Shown: piece by piece, positions 27,700 through 37,262 of the stretch
Layout: the number at the start of each line of letters is the position of its first letter
Position numbering within the stretch: the first letter of the stretch is position 1
Assembly: GCA_044344255.1 (NCBI GenBank)
Contig: JBIJDH010000023.1
Span: 1 to 64,000, forward strand
DNA: 64,000 nt
Source: Myxococcota bacterium
GTDB lineage: Bacteria; Myxococcota_A; UBA796; UBA2385
Reading direction: 5' to 3'
The notes under the pieces: model-generated
Told to the model about the DNA's origin: nothing
Database searches by the model: none
Seen by the model: only the letters and a program-made list of their open reading frames with translations
Program-made: the position numbers and the translations under genes

Positions 27700-28596
27700 T
27701 CAAGGGCGGGCGGGGCCCCCCGCCGCGGCGGCCTCCAGCGCCGCGCGCAGCCGCGGCGGCAGGCGGTGGGAGAGGCGGCCCCAGGCCCGCTCGGCGAGGT
27801 CGGGGTCGAGGAGCACCGGATAGACAGAGAGGGCCATGTTGCCGAGCGAGCCCACGTCCATCAGCGAGGCGATGCCGAGGTGCATCAACGCCCCGGCCAC
27901 GAGCACCAGGGGGTTCGTCACCCGCAGCCCGATGAGGAACACGAAGCCGAGCTCGAAGGCGAGCGTGAAGATGGACATCGCCGCGCAGAGGGCGGGCTGG
28001 CCCGAGAGCCAGACGGCGAGCGGCCCGCCGGCGTGCCAGCGGTCGAGCAGGTCATAGGACAGGGCGGTGCCGTCCCACCAGCGGGGCTCCTCGAGGCCCT
28101 TGAGGAAGCCGGTCGACAGGTAGAGCGAGCCCATGATCACGAGCAGGACGAGGCGCGGAGAGGGCGAGACCCGCGCCCGCAGCAGGTCTGTCCGGCCTAT
28201 CGGGGCGAGCAGCAGCACGCCGACCGCCCAGGTGGCGAAGCGCTCCGGCACGCGCACGTTGAGGCCCACGCCGGCGATCAGGCCCGCGGTGGCTGCGAAC
28301 CACAGGAGGAGGCCGGGCTTGGCCCAGGCGCCGCCGCGGAGGAGGCCGAGCAGGCCGAGCAGGCCCGCCGCCCACAGGCCGTACGCGAGGGGCGCTGGGA
28401 GGAGGGGGACCTGGGCGAGGTAGAGGGGGCCTGCGTTGAAGCGGAGGTCCCCGATGGCGAGCGCGTCGCCGAGGAGGGGGAGGCGCTCGAGGTGGGCCCA
28501 CAGCGCCGCCAGCCCAAAGAGCAGGCGGGTGAGGGCCCAGCCGCCGCCCCAGCGGGGGCGGAAGAGGGCGTCGAGGACGGGCGAGCTCAGGGGCAA
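27700..28596 (-). CDS. HTTM-domain membrane protein (vitamin-K-dependent carboxylase / SdpB-like)
   Basis: R..FG, YLSTG..K....WWDG.AL, TLAFELGF, G..MHLGI motifs; TTG start overlaps the upstream gene end. Confidence 0.75.
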   Translation of the reverse strand: MPLSSPVLDALFRPRWGGGWALTRLLFGLAALWAHLERLPLLGDALAIGDLRFNAGPLYLAQVPLLPAPLAYGLWAAGLLGLLGLLRGGAWAKPGLLLWFAATAGLIAGVGLNVRVPERFATWAVGVLLLAPIGRTDLLRARVSPSPRLVLLVIMGSLYLSTGFLKGLEEPRWWDGTALSYDLLDRWHAGGPLAVWLSGQPALCAAMSIFTLAFELGFVFLIGLRVTNPLVLVAGALMHLGIASLMDVGSLGNMALSVYPVLLDPDLAERAWGRLSHRLPPRLRAALEAAAAGGPARP

Positions 28597-29054
28597 GGCC
28601 AGCTCCCGAGGGCCTCGACGTTGGGGTCCCGCTCGGGCTGCTCGCGGGAGCCGAGCGTCTTCTTCCAGCGCACCAGGGTGAAGCGGACCACGCGCGTGCC
28701 CTCGTCGGCACAGAGGTCGCGGGCGAGGTCGGCGAGGCGGGCGGGGTCGCGGTAGAAGTCGTCGCGCTCGTAGCCGGGGCCCTCGTCCCACCGCATCGGG
28801 TAGCGGGCCCCGAGGTCGAGCTCGGTCCAGCCCCCGGGCCCCTCGACCTCGCAGCGGAGGCGGGTGTGGTGGTCGCGGAGCTCGGTGAACATACGCCAGC
28901 GGCCGAGCCAGGTGAGGCCGGACAGGCCGGGGAGCCCTGCGGGGGCGGCGGCCACGCCGAGGTTGGTGAGCGAGACCCGGTAGCCCACGAGGAAGTAGAG
29001 GCCGAGCAGCAGGAGCCCGACCACCTTCCATTCGGCGTGGGCCTCTCTCGACAT
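28587..29054 (-). CDS. Small membrane-anchored partner of the HTTM protein (W.MF motif; SdpA/DUF5819-like)
   Basis: TM helix, RWRMFT, conserved-looking Cys residues; AGGAGG RBS. Confidence 0.6.
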   Translation of the reverse strand: MSREAHAEWKVVGLLLLGLYFLVGYRVSLTNLGVAAAPAGLPGLSGLTWLGRWRMFTELRDHHTRLRCEVEGPGGWTELDLGARYPMRWDEGPGYERDDFYRDPARLADLARDLCADEGTRVVRFTLVRWKKTLGSREQPERDPNVEALGSWPCP

Positions 29055-29100
29055 CACCTGTGACCTCCTGTGGCCCTCGCAGGGCCCCCCGCATGGGCGA

Positions 29101-30948
29101 TCAGCGCACCGTCAGCGCGTAGACCTCGATCTCGTAGCCGGAATTGTCGCCCACATAGAGGCGGTCGCCCTGCACCCAGATCGCGCCGAAGCCGGCGTAC
29201 TGGCCGTAGCTGTCGTATCCGGCCTTTCCGAAGGTGCGGATGGGGGTGCCGTCCTGCTCGAAGATGGCGATCCGGCTGTTCCCCGTGTCGGCGACGAAGA
29301 CGGTGCCCTTCGGGCCGACCGCGACGTGGCTGAAGCCCCCCACCTTGAGCTGTCCCTCGCCGGAGCCAGTGCTGCCGAAGGTTGAGATGAAGTTGCCGTC
29401 GAGATCGAGCTTCTGCACTCGGTCGTTGTTGGCATCGACGACGTAGAGCCAGCCGTTGTCGCGGTCGAGGGCGAGACCGGCCGGGAAGTTGAACTCGCCG
29501 GGGTCAGCCCCGAAGCGGCCGGAGCGCCAGAGCTCGGTGCCGTCCCAGGAGAATTTCATGATGTAATGGTCGTCGGAGTTCGCGACGTAGACCGTCTGCT
29601 CGACCGAGTCTACCGCGATGCCGCGGATCTGGGCGCTGCTCGGGAAGTCCTCGCTGCCGACCGCGCGCACGAATTTTCCGTGTCGGTCAAAGCAGCGCAG
29701 GCGCCAGTCCGACTGGCGGCGGGGGTCGGTGGTGTAGGCCTGTCCGCCGAGGATGGTCCAGACGTTGCCGTCGGAGTCGGTGGCGATCGCGTTCGGGAAG
29801 CTCTGGTCTTCCTTGATCACCCACATGCCGGTGGTGGGGTCGGTCTCGAAGCCGTGATCGTAGGGGTCGCCCTCGAAGGAGAATTGGTAGGGCGAGACGG
29901 GCGGCCACTGCTCGAGGAACTGACCGTTTCGATTGAAACGTTTGATCCGATGGTCGAGCCAGTCGGAGACGAAGATCTCGCCCGAGCGAGGGTCACTCGA
30001 GACGCCGGTGATCAAGTTGAACACGGCCCCCTCGCGGCTGCGCTGGCCGAAGGAGCCGAGGTACTGGCCCGAGGGGCTGAAGCGGTCGATGCGGTGGGCG
30101 TAGGCCGCCGCGACGTAGACCTCCCCCGTGTTCAGGTTGACGTCGACGGCGCGGGGGTGGAATTCGCCGGACTGGAGGTCATTCGGGCCTTGGAAGAACT
30201 GGAGGAAGTTGCCGTCCTGGTCCCACTTCTGCACCCGCTCGTTGTCGGTGTCGGCGATGTAGATGTTGCCGTCGTTGTCGATGGTGACGTCGCGGTCCCA
30301 GCGCAGCTCCCGGCGCATGCTGCCGTAGTCGCGCCAGCGGGCGAGCAGGGTGCCGTCGAGCGAGAATTTGAGAACCTGGCCCTTGGCAGTGTTGGCCACC
30401 ACCACGAAGTCCCCCTTGGGGTGGATCGCGATGCCGTAGGGCTCGTCGAGCTGACTGTCGGTGAACTGGCGGAGGTAGGCGCCGCTCCGGTCAAAGACCT
30501 GCACGCGCAGGTTGCCGGTGTCGAGCACGTAGAGGTCTCCGTTCTGGCGGTTGACCGCGACGTCCTGCGGGTTGTCGAATTGTCCGGCCCCGCTGCCGCT
30601 GCTGCCGAGCTCGGCCTCGAGCACCCCGGCGCTGCTGAAGCGCTGGAGCTTGTCCTCCTCGCGCACCGCCACCCAGAGGTCGCCGGTGTCGGGCTCGACG
30701 GCGAGGCCGAGCGAGTCGTCGCGGGTCCACATCGTGAGGAAGCGGCCGGTGGCGTCGAACTTTTGGATTCGGTTGAAGAACTGGTCGAGGACGTAGACCT
30801 CGCCGGTGCTCGAGTTCACGGCGAGCTGCGAGGGGTAATTCGTGCGCCCTGGTCCGTTGTCTACCCGGTGCCCAAAGGCCTGCTCGAAGCGGATGTCTAC
30901 GGAGGTGGCGAGGGCGGACGCGGCCGTCAGGAGGAGGAGCGGGGACAC
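29101..30948 (-). CDS. Secreted NHL-repeat (6-bladed beta-propeller) protein with two propellers; start 30948 or 31011
   Basis: Repeats F..P.G.A.D....YV.D..N.RVQ.F...G.F; signal peptide ending ALA. Confidence 0.85.
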   Translation of the reverse strand: MSPLLLLTAASALATSVDIRFEQAFGHRVDNGPGRTNYPSQLAVNSSTGEVYVLDQFFNRIQKFDATGRFLTMWTRDDSLGLAVEPDTGDLWVAVREEDKLQRFSSAGVLEAELGSSGSGAGQFDNPQDVAVNRQNGDLYVLDTGNLRVQVFDRSGAYLRQFTDSQLDEPYGIAIHPKGDFVVVANTAKGQVLKFSLDGTLLARWRDYGSMRRELRWDRDVTIDNDGNIYIADTDNERVQKWDQDGNFLQFFQGPNDLQSGEFHPRAVDVNLNTGEVYVAAAYAHRIDRFSPSGQYLGSFGQRSREGAVFNLITGVSSDPRSGEIFVSDWLDHRIKRFNRNGQFLEQWPPVSPYQFSFEGDPYDHGFETDPTTGMWVIKEDQSFPNAIATDSDGNVWTILGGQAYTTDPRRQSDWRLRCFDRHGKFVRAVGSEDFPSSAQIRGIAVDSVEQTVYVANSDDHYIMKFSWDGTELWRSGRFGADPGEFNFPAGLALDRDNGWLYVVDANNDRVQKLDLDGNFISTFGSTGSGEGQLKVGGFSHVAVGPKGTVFVADTGNSRIAIFEQDGTPIRTFGKAGYDSYGQYAGFGAIWVQGDRLYVGDNSGYEIEVYALTVR

Positions 30949-31009
30949 AAGGCGACTCCGAGCGAGGTGTCGGATGTTAGCCTGCCGGGCGACGCGGAGG
31001 GACGGGAAC

Positions 31010-32908
31010 ATGAAGGGTGTGCGCTGCGGTTGGTGGCTTGGCGTCGTCGGGCTGATGGCCTGTCGGAGTGAGGGGCCAAATTCCGGTCCGTCCGAGGCGG
31101 AGTCCTGCGAGGGTGGGGCCCCGGCCCAGGTCTTCTTCGCCGACGCCGATCAGGACGGCTTCGGCACCGCCACCTCCACGGCGGTCGCCTGTGACCGGCC
31201 GGCCGGCTTCGTCGCCGAGGCCTCGGACTGCGACGACGGCGCCGCGGGTGTCCACCCCGGGCAGGTCGAGCTCTGCGACGGCGTGGATCAGGACTGCGAC
31301 GGCCTCATCGACGACGAGGCCGAAGACGCGACCGCCTGGTATGGCGACCTCGACGGCGACGGCTTCGGCAACCCGAACGACATCGTCCTCTCCTGCACCC
31401 AGCCCCCCGGCCGCCTCGCCGACGCGCTCGACTGCGATGACGCCGACGACGGGGTGAACCCCGCCGTGGCCGACGTCTGCGACGAGCTCGACCGCAACTG
31501 TGACGGCCGGATCGACGCCTGCTCCACGGTGCTGCGCGGCGAGGTCTCGCGCACCAGCGCCACCGCCGCCTGGCAGGGTGAGCAGGAGTGGTCGCGGGCG
31601 GGGGAGGCCCTCGCCCCAGCCGGTGACGTGGACGGGGACGGCTTCAACGATCTGCTGGTCGCCGCGCCCCTCACCGACGTCACCACCGACGGCAATGAAG
31701 GCGCCGCCTACCTCATCTATGGGCGCGCGGACCTCGCCGCCGAGGCGCCCCGCTCCCTCGCCGACGAGGTGGGCTGGGTGGGCGCCCTCGGGGATGAGCT
31801 GGGCCTCGGCCTCGCCGGGGCGGGAGACCTCAACGGCGACGGGCTCGCTGACCTCGTGCTCGGCGCGGCGGGCGCCGACACGCCGGACAGCGAGGCCGGG
31901 GCCGCCTGGATCTTCTACGGGCCCGCCGCGGGGGAGGCCCCTGACGCGGTCTGGACCGGCGAGCTCAGCGAAGACCGGGCCGGCGCGTCCCTGGCCGGCC
32001 CGGGCGACGTCGATGGTGACGGCCAGGACGACCTCCTCGTCGGCGCCTGGGGGGTGGACAGCGGGGGCGACCTGCGGGGCGCCGTCTACCTCGTCTACGG
32101 CCCGGCCGACGCGGGGGGCTCCTTGTCCGCCGCCCCCCGCTGGACCGGGAAGAGCGACCTCGACTACCTCGGCCAGCGGCGGAGCCTGTCGGGCGCCGAC
32201 TTCGACGGCGACGGCCTCGCCGACCTCGCGATGGGGGCCTTCGGCTACTCCGTGTCCCGCGACCGCCAGGGGGTGGTCTACGTGCTCTCGGGGGAGGCCG
32301 ACCGGCTCACCGGCGGCGTCAGCGCCGAGTCGGAGGCCACGAGCGTGCTCGTCGGCACCGAGGCGGGCACCGAGACCCAATTCGGCATGGCGGTCTCGGC
32401 CGTGGGTGACCTCAACGCCGACGGCTTCGCCGACCTCGCCGTGGGCGGGCCCTACTACGAGACTGGCACCGGCGAGGGCGGCGCCGCCTGGGTCTTCTTC
32501 GGCCCCCTGCCCGCGGGACGGGTCACCGCCGACGAGGCGGAGCTCGTCTTCCTCGGCGCCAACCAGTGGGACTACACGGGCTCAGACCTCGCGGGGGCGG
32601 GCGACATTGACGGCGACGGGCACGACGAGCTGGTCGTCGGCGCCCCGGGCTACGACCTCTCGGTCACCACCACCGCCGCGGGCGCGGCCTGCGTGATCTA
32701 CGGGGCCGCTGACCTGTCGGGCACGCGCAGCGCCTTTGACGGCGACCACGACCTGCGCGTGAGCGGCGGGGCCCGCGACGACGAGCTGGGAGCGGCGGTC
32801 GCCGGGGCCGACCTCGACGGCGACGGCCAGAGCGACCTCCTCCTCGGCGCGCCGGGCACCGCCGAGTACCTCGGCGGCGTCTACCTGTTCCGCGGCGGCC
32901 TCGAGTGA
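31010..32908 (+). CDS. Lipoprotein with MopE-like repeats and FG-GAP (integrin-alpha-like) repeats
   Basis: Lipobox LMAC; DADQDGFG...DCDD..E.CDG.DQDCDG; GD.DGDG..DL.VGA repeats. Confidence 0.9.
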   Translation: MKGVRCGWWLGVVGLMACRSEGPNSGPSEAESCEGGAPAQVFFADADQDGFGTATSTAVACDRPAGFVAEASDCDDGAAGVHPGQVELCDGVDQDCDGLIDDEAEDATAWYGDLDGDGFGNPNDIVLSCTQPPGRLADALDCDDADDGVNPAVADVCDELDRNCDGRIDACSTVLRGEVSRTSATAAWQGEQEWSRAGEALAPAGDVDGDGFNDLLVAAPLTDVTTDGNEGAAYLIYGRADLAAEAPRSLADEVGWVGALGDELGLGLAGAGDLNGDGLADLVLGAAGADTPDSEAGAAWIFYGPAAGEAPDAVWTGELSEDRAGASLAGPGDVDGDGQDDLLVGAWGVDSGGDLRGAVYLVYGPADAGGSLSAAPRWTGKSDLDYLGQRRSLSGADFDGDGLADLAMGAFGYSVSRDRQGVVYVLSGEADRLTGGVSAESEATSVLVGTEAGTETQFGMAVSAVGDLNADGFADLAVGGPYYETGTGEGGAAWVFFGPLPAGRVTADEAELVFLGANQWDYTGSDLAGAGDIDGDGHDELVVGAPGYDLSVTTTAAGAACVIYGAADLSGTRSAFDGDHDLRVSGGARDDELGAAVAGADLDGDGQSDLLLGAPGTAEYLGGVYLFRGGLE

Positions 32909-32938
32909 GCCCCGCCGCGGTGGTCGCCTACCCGTAGA

Positions 32939-34666
32939 CTACTCGTAGACGACGGCCCAGGAGCGCATTTCGATGTTGCCGGAGCCGTCGGCGGGCGTGC
33001 GGCCGTCCTGGGTGGCGCTGTAGGTGAAGGAGGCCGTGCTGCCGGCGGGGGCCTCGGCCGTCACGTCGACGACGTAGGGATCGACCTGCCGGCCCGGGCA
33101 CCAGCCGCCGCGGCCGTACCACCAGGTGCCGGGCTGGTTGGGCGTGGTGCCGCTGCTCACCGTGCGCTCGCAGCCACGCGAGGTGCCCGCCACGTCAAAG
33201 TCGAGGGTGTTCGTGGTGCCGCCGACCGTGAAGCTGTGCTCCTGGCCGCAGAACTCGGCACAATTGTTGGTCTCCATCCCGTGGCCGGTGATGATCGCGA
33301 CGACATCGACCTTCTTGGCGTCCGGCGAGACCTCGACCTCCACGGCCGCTCGGTCATTGTAGGTCGAGCCGAAGGCCCCGCCCTGAAACAGCGGCCAGGC
33401 GGCGACGGGGCGCATCCCCTTGCCCTGGTTCGAGAGGCGGAGATCGACGGTGATGCCCGTGGGCTGCGTGTTCCAGGAGGGGGCCCAGGAGTAGCGGACG
33501 GTTCGCGTTCCGCCCTCCTGGAGCCAGGCCAGCGCGTGGGTGGCGTCGACCACCCACTCCGTCTCCCGGTGATAGGACGTGATGAAGCGGCCGAACTCGA
33601 GCCAGGTCTCTGTCGCCTCGTCCCAGAGCCAGAGCTCGGCGATGTAGTCCCAGGCACCGCAGTTGCCGGGCTCGGCCTTGTCGCGGTCGGGGCACTCCAT
33701 CAGGACGTCGATCTCCAGCGTGTCGAAGCTGGCCATCGTGGCGCCGTCGGGGAGGGTCAGGGTGCCGTCGACGTACTCGGCGTAGACCTCGCCCCCGAAG
33801 ATCGGCACCACGGTGGCGCCGTCGCCCGCGAGGCGCGCGGCCCGCTCGTGCTGGTAGTTGAAGTAGGTGGCCTCGTGGGCCACCGGATAGAGGTGCGTCT
33901 CGTAGGGCCACTCGCCCTCGGCGGAGAGGTCGGCGTCATAGTCGATGACCGACGCCATGTGACCCACCCCGCGCAGCTTCTGACCGCGGTCAATCCCGAA
34001 GCCATAGACCCCGACGTCGCTCGAGAGCATGTCGGAGACGAGCCCGTCGAATTCACCGGGCGCCCCCCGGACCACGTGCAGGCGGCTCGACCACCAGTCC
34101 CGATCGGCCTCGTCCATGTCGAGCAGCAGCTCGTCGATCGAGCTGTCCATCAGGGCCTCCTGCTCCCCCATGTCTCCCCAGTAGTCGGTGCCGATCACGA
34201 AGAAGTAGTGGACGTTGAGCGGTGACTCGTCAATCAGCTTGTCGAGACGGGTGTCGAACCAGCTCCGGGTGTCGAGCGAGGAGACGGGGAACCAGTTGGG
34301 GACGAAGAGGTAGCTGTCGCAGCCCGACCACTGCTCGGAGAGGGTCCAGGTGGTGCCGTCGGTCAGGGGGACGCTGAGGTCGCCTGCGGGCTGGCGGCGC
34401 TGCATCGCGCTCGGGGCGGTGGGATCAAAGGGGAGGGAGTCGAGGCCGAGGGTGGTGCAGGCCTCGGTGGGGTCGGGATCGGGCTCGGGCTCTCCGGTGT
34501 CGCCGCCGCCATCGCTGCCGTCGCTGCCGTCGCTGCCATCGCTGCCATCGCTGCCCCCGCTGTCATCGGTGGGGTCTGCGCCGTCGCCGCCGCCGCCGTC
34601 GCCCTTGTCGGACCCGCCTTCTCCCGAGCAGGCGAGGAGCAGGGCGAGCAGGGGAGACAGTCGCAT
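32939..34666 (-). CDS. Peptide-N-glycosidase F-related lipoprotein
   Basis: Lipobox LLAC, GSD linker; CGAWDY, EFGRFIT.Y, TGHG...CAEFC, NQPGTW.YGR.GWCPG. Confidence 0.8.
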   Translation of the reverse strand: MRLSPLLALLLACSGEGGSDKGDGGGGDGADPTDDSGGSDGSDGSDGSDGSDGGGDTGEPEPDPDPTEACTTLGLDSLPFDPTAPSAMQRRQPAGDLSVPLTDGTTWTLSEQWSGCDSYLFVPNWFPVSSLDTRSWFDTRLDKLIDESPLNVHYFFVIGTDYWGDMGEQEALMDSSIDELLLDMDEADRDWWSSRLHVVRGAPGEFDGLVSDMLSSDVGVYGFGIDRGQKLRGVGHMASVIDYDADLSAEGEWPYETHLYPVAHEATYFNYQHERAARLAGDGATVVPIFGGEVYAEYVDGTLTLPDGATMASFDTLEIDVLMECPDRDKAEPGNCGAWDYIAELWLWDEATETWLEFGRFITSYHRETEWVVDATHALAWLQEGGTRTVRYSWAPSWNTQPTGITVDLRLSNQGKGMRPVAAWPLFQGGAFGSTYNDRAAVEVEVSPDAKKVDVVAIITGHGMETNNCAEFCGQEHSFTVGGTTNTLDFDVAGTSRGCERTVSSGTTPNQPGTWWYGRGGWCPGRQVDPYVVDVTAEAPAGSTASFTYSATQDGRTPADGSGNIEMRSWAVVYE

Positions 34667-34761
34667 CGAGCGGAGCGCGGCGGGGTGGTTCACGGGGTCA
34701 CCTGGAGTGGGGGGCCCGCAATATACCCGGACCGCGGTGCGGCGCCGCGCTACGCTGTCAG

Positions 34762-35571
34762 ATGCGCGTTCATCATCTCGACTGTGGGACCCTCTGTCCG
34801 CGGGCGGCCCGCTGGGTCACCGCGCCCTCCGACCACATGGTGGCGCACGTCCTGCTCGTCGAGACCGACCGCGGGCTGGTCCTCATTGACGCCGGCTTCA
34901 GCCTCGCCGACGTCGCGCGCCCCGGGCGGGTGATGCCCTGGCTCTTCCGCGCGGCGGCGCGGCCGCGGCTTGACCCCGAGCAGGCCGCGGTCCACCAGGT
35001 GCGCCGCCTCGGCTTCCGCCCCGAGGACGTGCGCCACATCGTGCTCACCCACATGGACTACGACCACCTCGGGGGCATCGGTGACTTCCCGTGGGCGAAG
35101 GTGCATGTCTTCGCGGGGGAGCACACGGCCGCGCTCGCCCCCCAGACCTTGCTCGATCGGACGCGCTACCGCCCGATCCAGTGGGCGCACGGGCCGGACT
35201 GGGCCCTCCACGGCATCGGCGGCGCGCCCTGGGAGGGCTTCTCCTGCGTGCGCGACCTCCCGGGCCTCCCGCCCGAGATCTTGATGGTGCCGCTGCCCGG
35301 GCACACGCTCGGCCACTGCGCTGTCGCCGTCGCGTGGGGCGAGGGCTGGCTCGTGCACGCCGGAGACGCGTACTTCCACCAGGCCCAGCTCGGGCCGAGC
35401 CCCTCGAGCACCCCCGTCGGCGCGCAGGTCTTTGAGTGGGGCGTGGCCACCGATCGAGAGAAGCAGCAGGCGAACCTCTCGCGCCTGCGGGCCTTCGCGC
35501 TCGGCAACAAGGGCCGCATCCGGGTCTTCTGCGCTCACGACGCCGCTGAGTTCGAGGCCCTCCGGAGCTGA
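34762..35571 (+). CDS. MBL-fold metallo-hydrolase
   Basis: LIDAG, THMDYDH, PGHT.GH, GDAY, FCAHD. Confidence 0.9.
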   Translation: MRVHHLDCGTLCPRAARWVTAPSDHMVAHVLLVETDRGLVLIDAGFSLADVARPGRVMPWLFRAAARPRLDPEQAAVHQVRRLGFRPEDVRHIVLTHMDYDHLGGIGDFPWAKVHVFAGEHTAALAPQTLLDRTRYRPIQWAHGPDWALHGIGGAPWEGFSCVRDLPGLPPEILMVPLPGHTLGHCAVAVAWGEGWLVHAGDAYFHQAQLGPSPSSTPVGAQVFEWGVATDREKQQANLSRLRAFALGNKGRIRVFCAHDAAEFEALRS

Positions 35572-37262
35572 TAGTCGAGCTCCACACAGGCGATCCCGAA
35601 GAGGGAGAGCGTGTGGGTCGCCACGAGCTCCGCCCCCCCGGTCGTTCCCGAAGCCGAGCGCGGCCCCGGCCCGATCTCGAGCCGCTCCGAGACCGGCAGG
35701 CGGAAGGGTCCGAGGGGCGTGTCGAGGAAGATGCCCTCGGCGAGTGCGTCTTCGGGGTGGGAGCGCAGCGTCATCGCCCCGCCCGGGGCCCCCTCGGGGC
35801 GGAGCAGGGCCACCATCGCCGCGCCGGGGAGGGGCAGCACGACGACCATCAAGGGGCGCCCCCCCGCGGCGGTGGTGGCGTAGAGGGCGATGAACATCGG
35901 CCGGCCGTCGGCGTGGCCGCGCTCATAGATGCGGGCGTCGAGGAGCGCGCCGGTCGAGCCCGGGCGGGCGGCGGCGATGCGGAGGGTCACGGGCTGCCAG
36001 GCGCCGCCCTGGTCGGTGGGCAAGGACAGGTTCCCGATAGAGCCCATCCCGCGGGCATAGGCCCTCCCGGCGAGGCCGAGGCCCCGGCGCCACCGAGGCC
36101 GCACCGACAGGGCCCACTCGCTCGTGCGCTCGTAGAACTCCCGCACTGGCGGACAGACCTCGGCGGCGGAGAAGCCCGGCTGGTCGAGGTCGGAGAGGCG
36201 GTCGAGCTGGCCCGGGGGAGGGGGCCGCTGGGGGTCGGCCACGCCGGCCCGCTCAAACCAGCCCCAGCCGACCCGCCGGGCCCAGGGGAGCCCGGTCGCG
36301 GGGAGCCCGAGCGGCGGCCGGGAGACGGGCGGGGGATCGAGGGCCCGGCCGAGCAGGCCGAGGAGCACGAAGCCGAGCGCGTTGACGGCCCCGTGGGCGT
36401 GCAGCATGTCGACCATGTGGGGGCGGGCGAGGCCGAGGCCGCGCGCGGCCCCCCAGGCGGCGGCGAGGCCCATGCCCCAGAGCAGGCAGAGCGCCGACAG
36501 GGCGAGGAGGGGGCGGGACAGGGGGCGGGACAGGGGGCGGCCGCCGCGGACGGCCTCCCGGAGCTGGCCGAGGGCGGCGAGGCTGGCCGCCAGCGCCATG
36601 AAGGTGGCGGCGGCCCACTCGGCGGCGCGGTGGTCGGTGAGCTGAGAGGCGACGAGGCCGGCGGCGACGACGCCCATGCCGGCGAGCAGCGCGATGGCCA
36701 GCGGGCGGGAGCCGCCGCTGCGGCGGGCGGCGAGGCCAGCGAGCAGGGGGAGGCCGAAGCCCGCATAGTGAAAGTGGACGGCGGTGAGCCTCACCAGCAG
36801 GGGATCGTAGCCGAGGGGGCGGAGCCCCGCGCGGTCGGCCAGGGTCCAGGCGCCGCCGACCAGGAGGAAGGCGCAGCCCCCTGACTCGAGCAGCGTGGCG
36901 GGGTCGCGCAGGCCGTGGAAGGCGAGCTGACGGAGGCCCCACAGGCTGAGCGCGACCGTCACCGCCGCCCAAGGCAGGGCGAGGGCGAGGGCCAGGGGAC
37001 CGCGCTCCAGCAGGAGCGCGAGGCCGAGGAGGAGGGCCGCAGGGTCGAGGGCGCGCCGGGCCTGTCGGTGGAGGGGGTGCGGGGCCCCGTCCGCCTCCGG
37101 CCCGTGCAGCAGCGGGACGCCGAGCGGGAGGACGACGAGGGCGGCGAGCAGGAGCAGGGCGGCGGGGAGGTCGAGCCCGCCCAGGCGCACGAAGGCGAGC
37201 GTCAGCAGGGCCCCGAGGAGGAGCCCTGCGAGGGAGGGCGGCGCGGGCGGGCGCGCGCTCAC
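35535..37262 (-). CDS. YndJ-family membrane protein
   Basis: LTAVHFHYAGF, M...HG..NALGF, C-terminal P.VREFYE.T domain. Confidence 0.8.
   Translation of the reverse strand: MSARPPAPPSLAGLLLGALLTLAFVRLGGLDLPAALLLLAALVVLPLGVPLLHGPEADGAPHPLHRQARRALDPAALLLGLALLLERGPLALALALPWAAVTVALSLWGLRQLAFHGLRDPATLLESGGCAFLLVGGAWTLADRAGLRPLGYDPLLVRLTAVHFHYAGFGLPLLAGLAARRSGGSRPLAIALLAGMGVVAAGLVASQLTDHRAAEWAAATFMALAASLAALGQLREAVRGGRPLSRPLSRPLLALSALCLLWGMGLAAAWGAARGLGLARPHMVDMLHAHGAVNALGFVLLGLLGRALDPPPVSRPPLGLPATGLPWARRVGWGWFERAGVADPQRPPPPGQLDRLSDLDQPGFSAAEVCPPVREFYERTSEWALSVRPRWRRGLGLAGRAYARGMGSIGNLSLPTDQGGAWQPVTLRIAAARPGSTGALLDARIYERGHADGRPMFIALYATTAAGGRPLMVVVLPLPGAAMVALLRPEGAPGGAMTLRSHPEDALAEGIFLDTPLGPFRLPVSERLEIGPGPRSASGTTGGAELVATHTLSLFGIACVELDYQLRRASNSAAS

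Noticed and set aside
35535..35571. 37-nt convergent overlap of the MBL and YndJ genes
   Set aside because: Short 3' overlaps are common in GC-rich genomes; no evidence of function.
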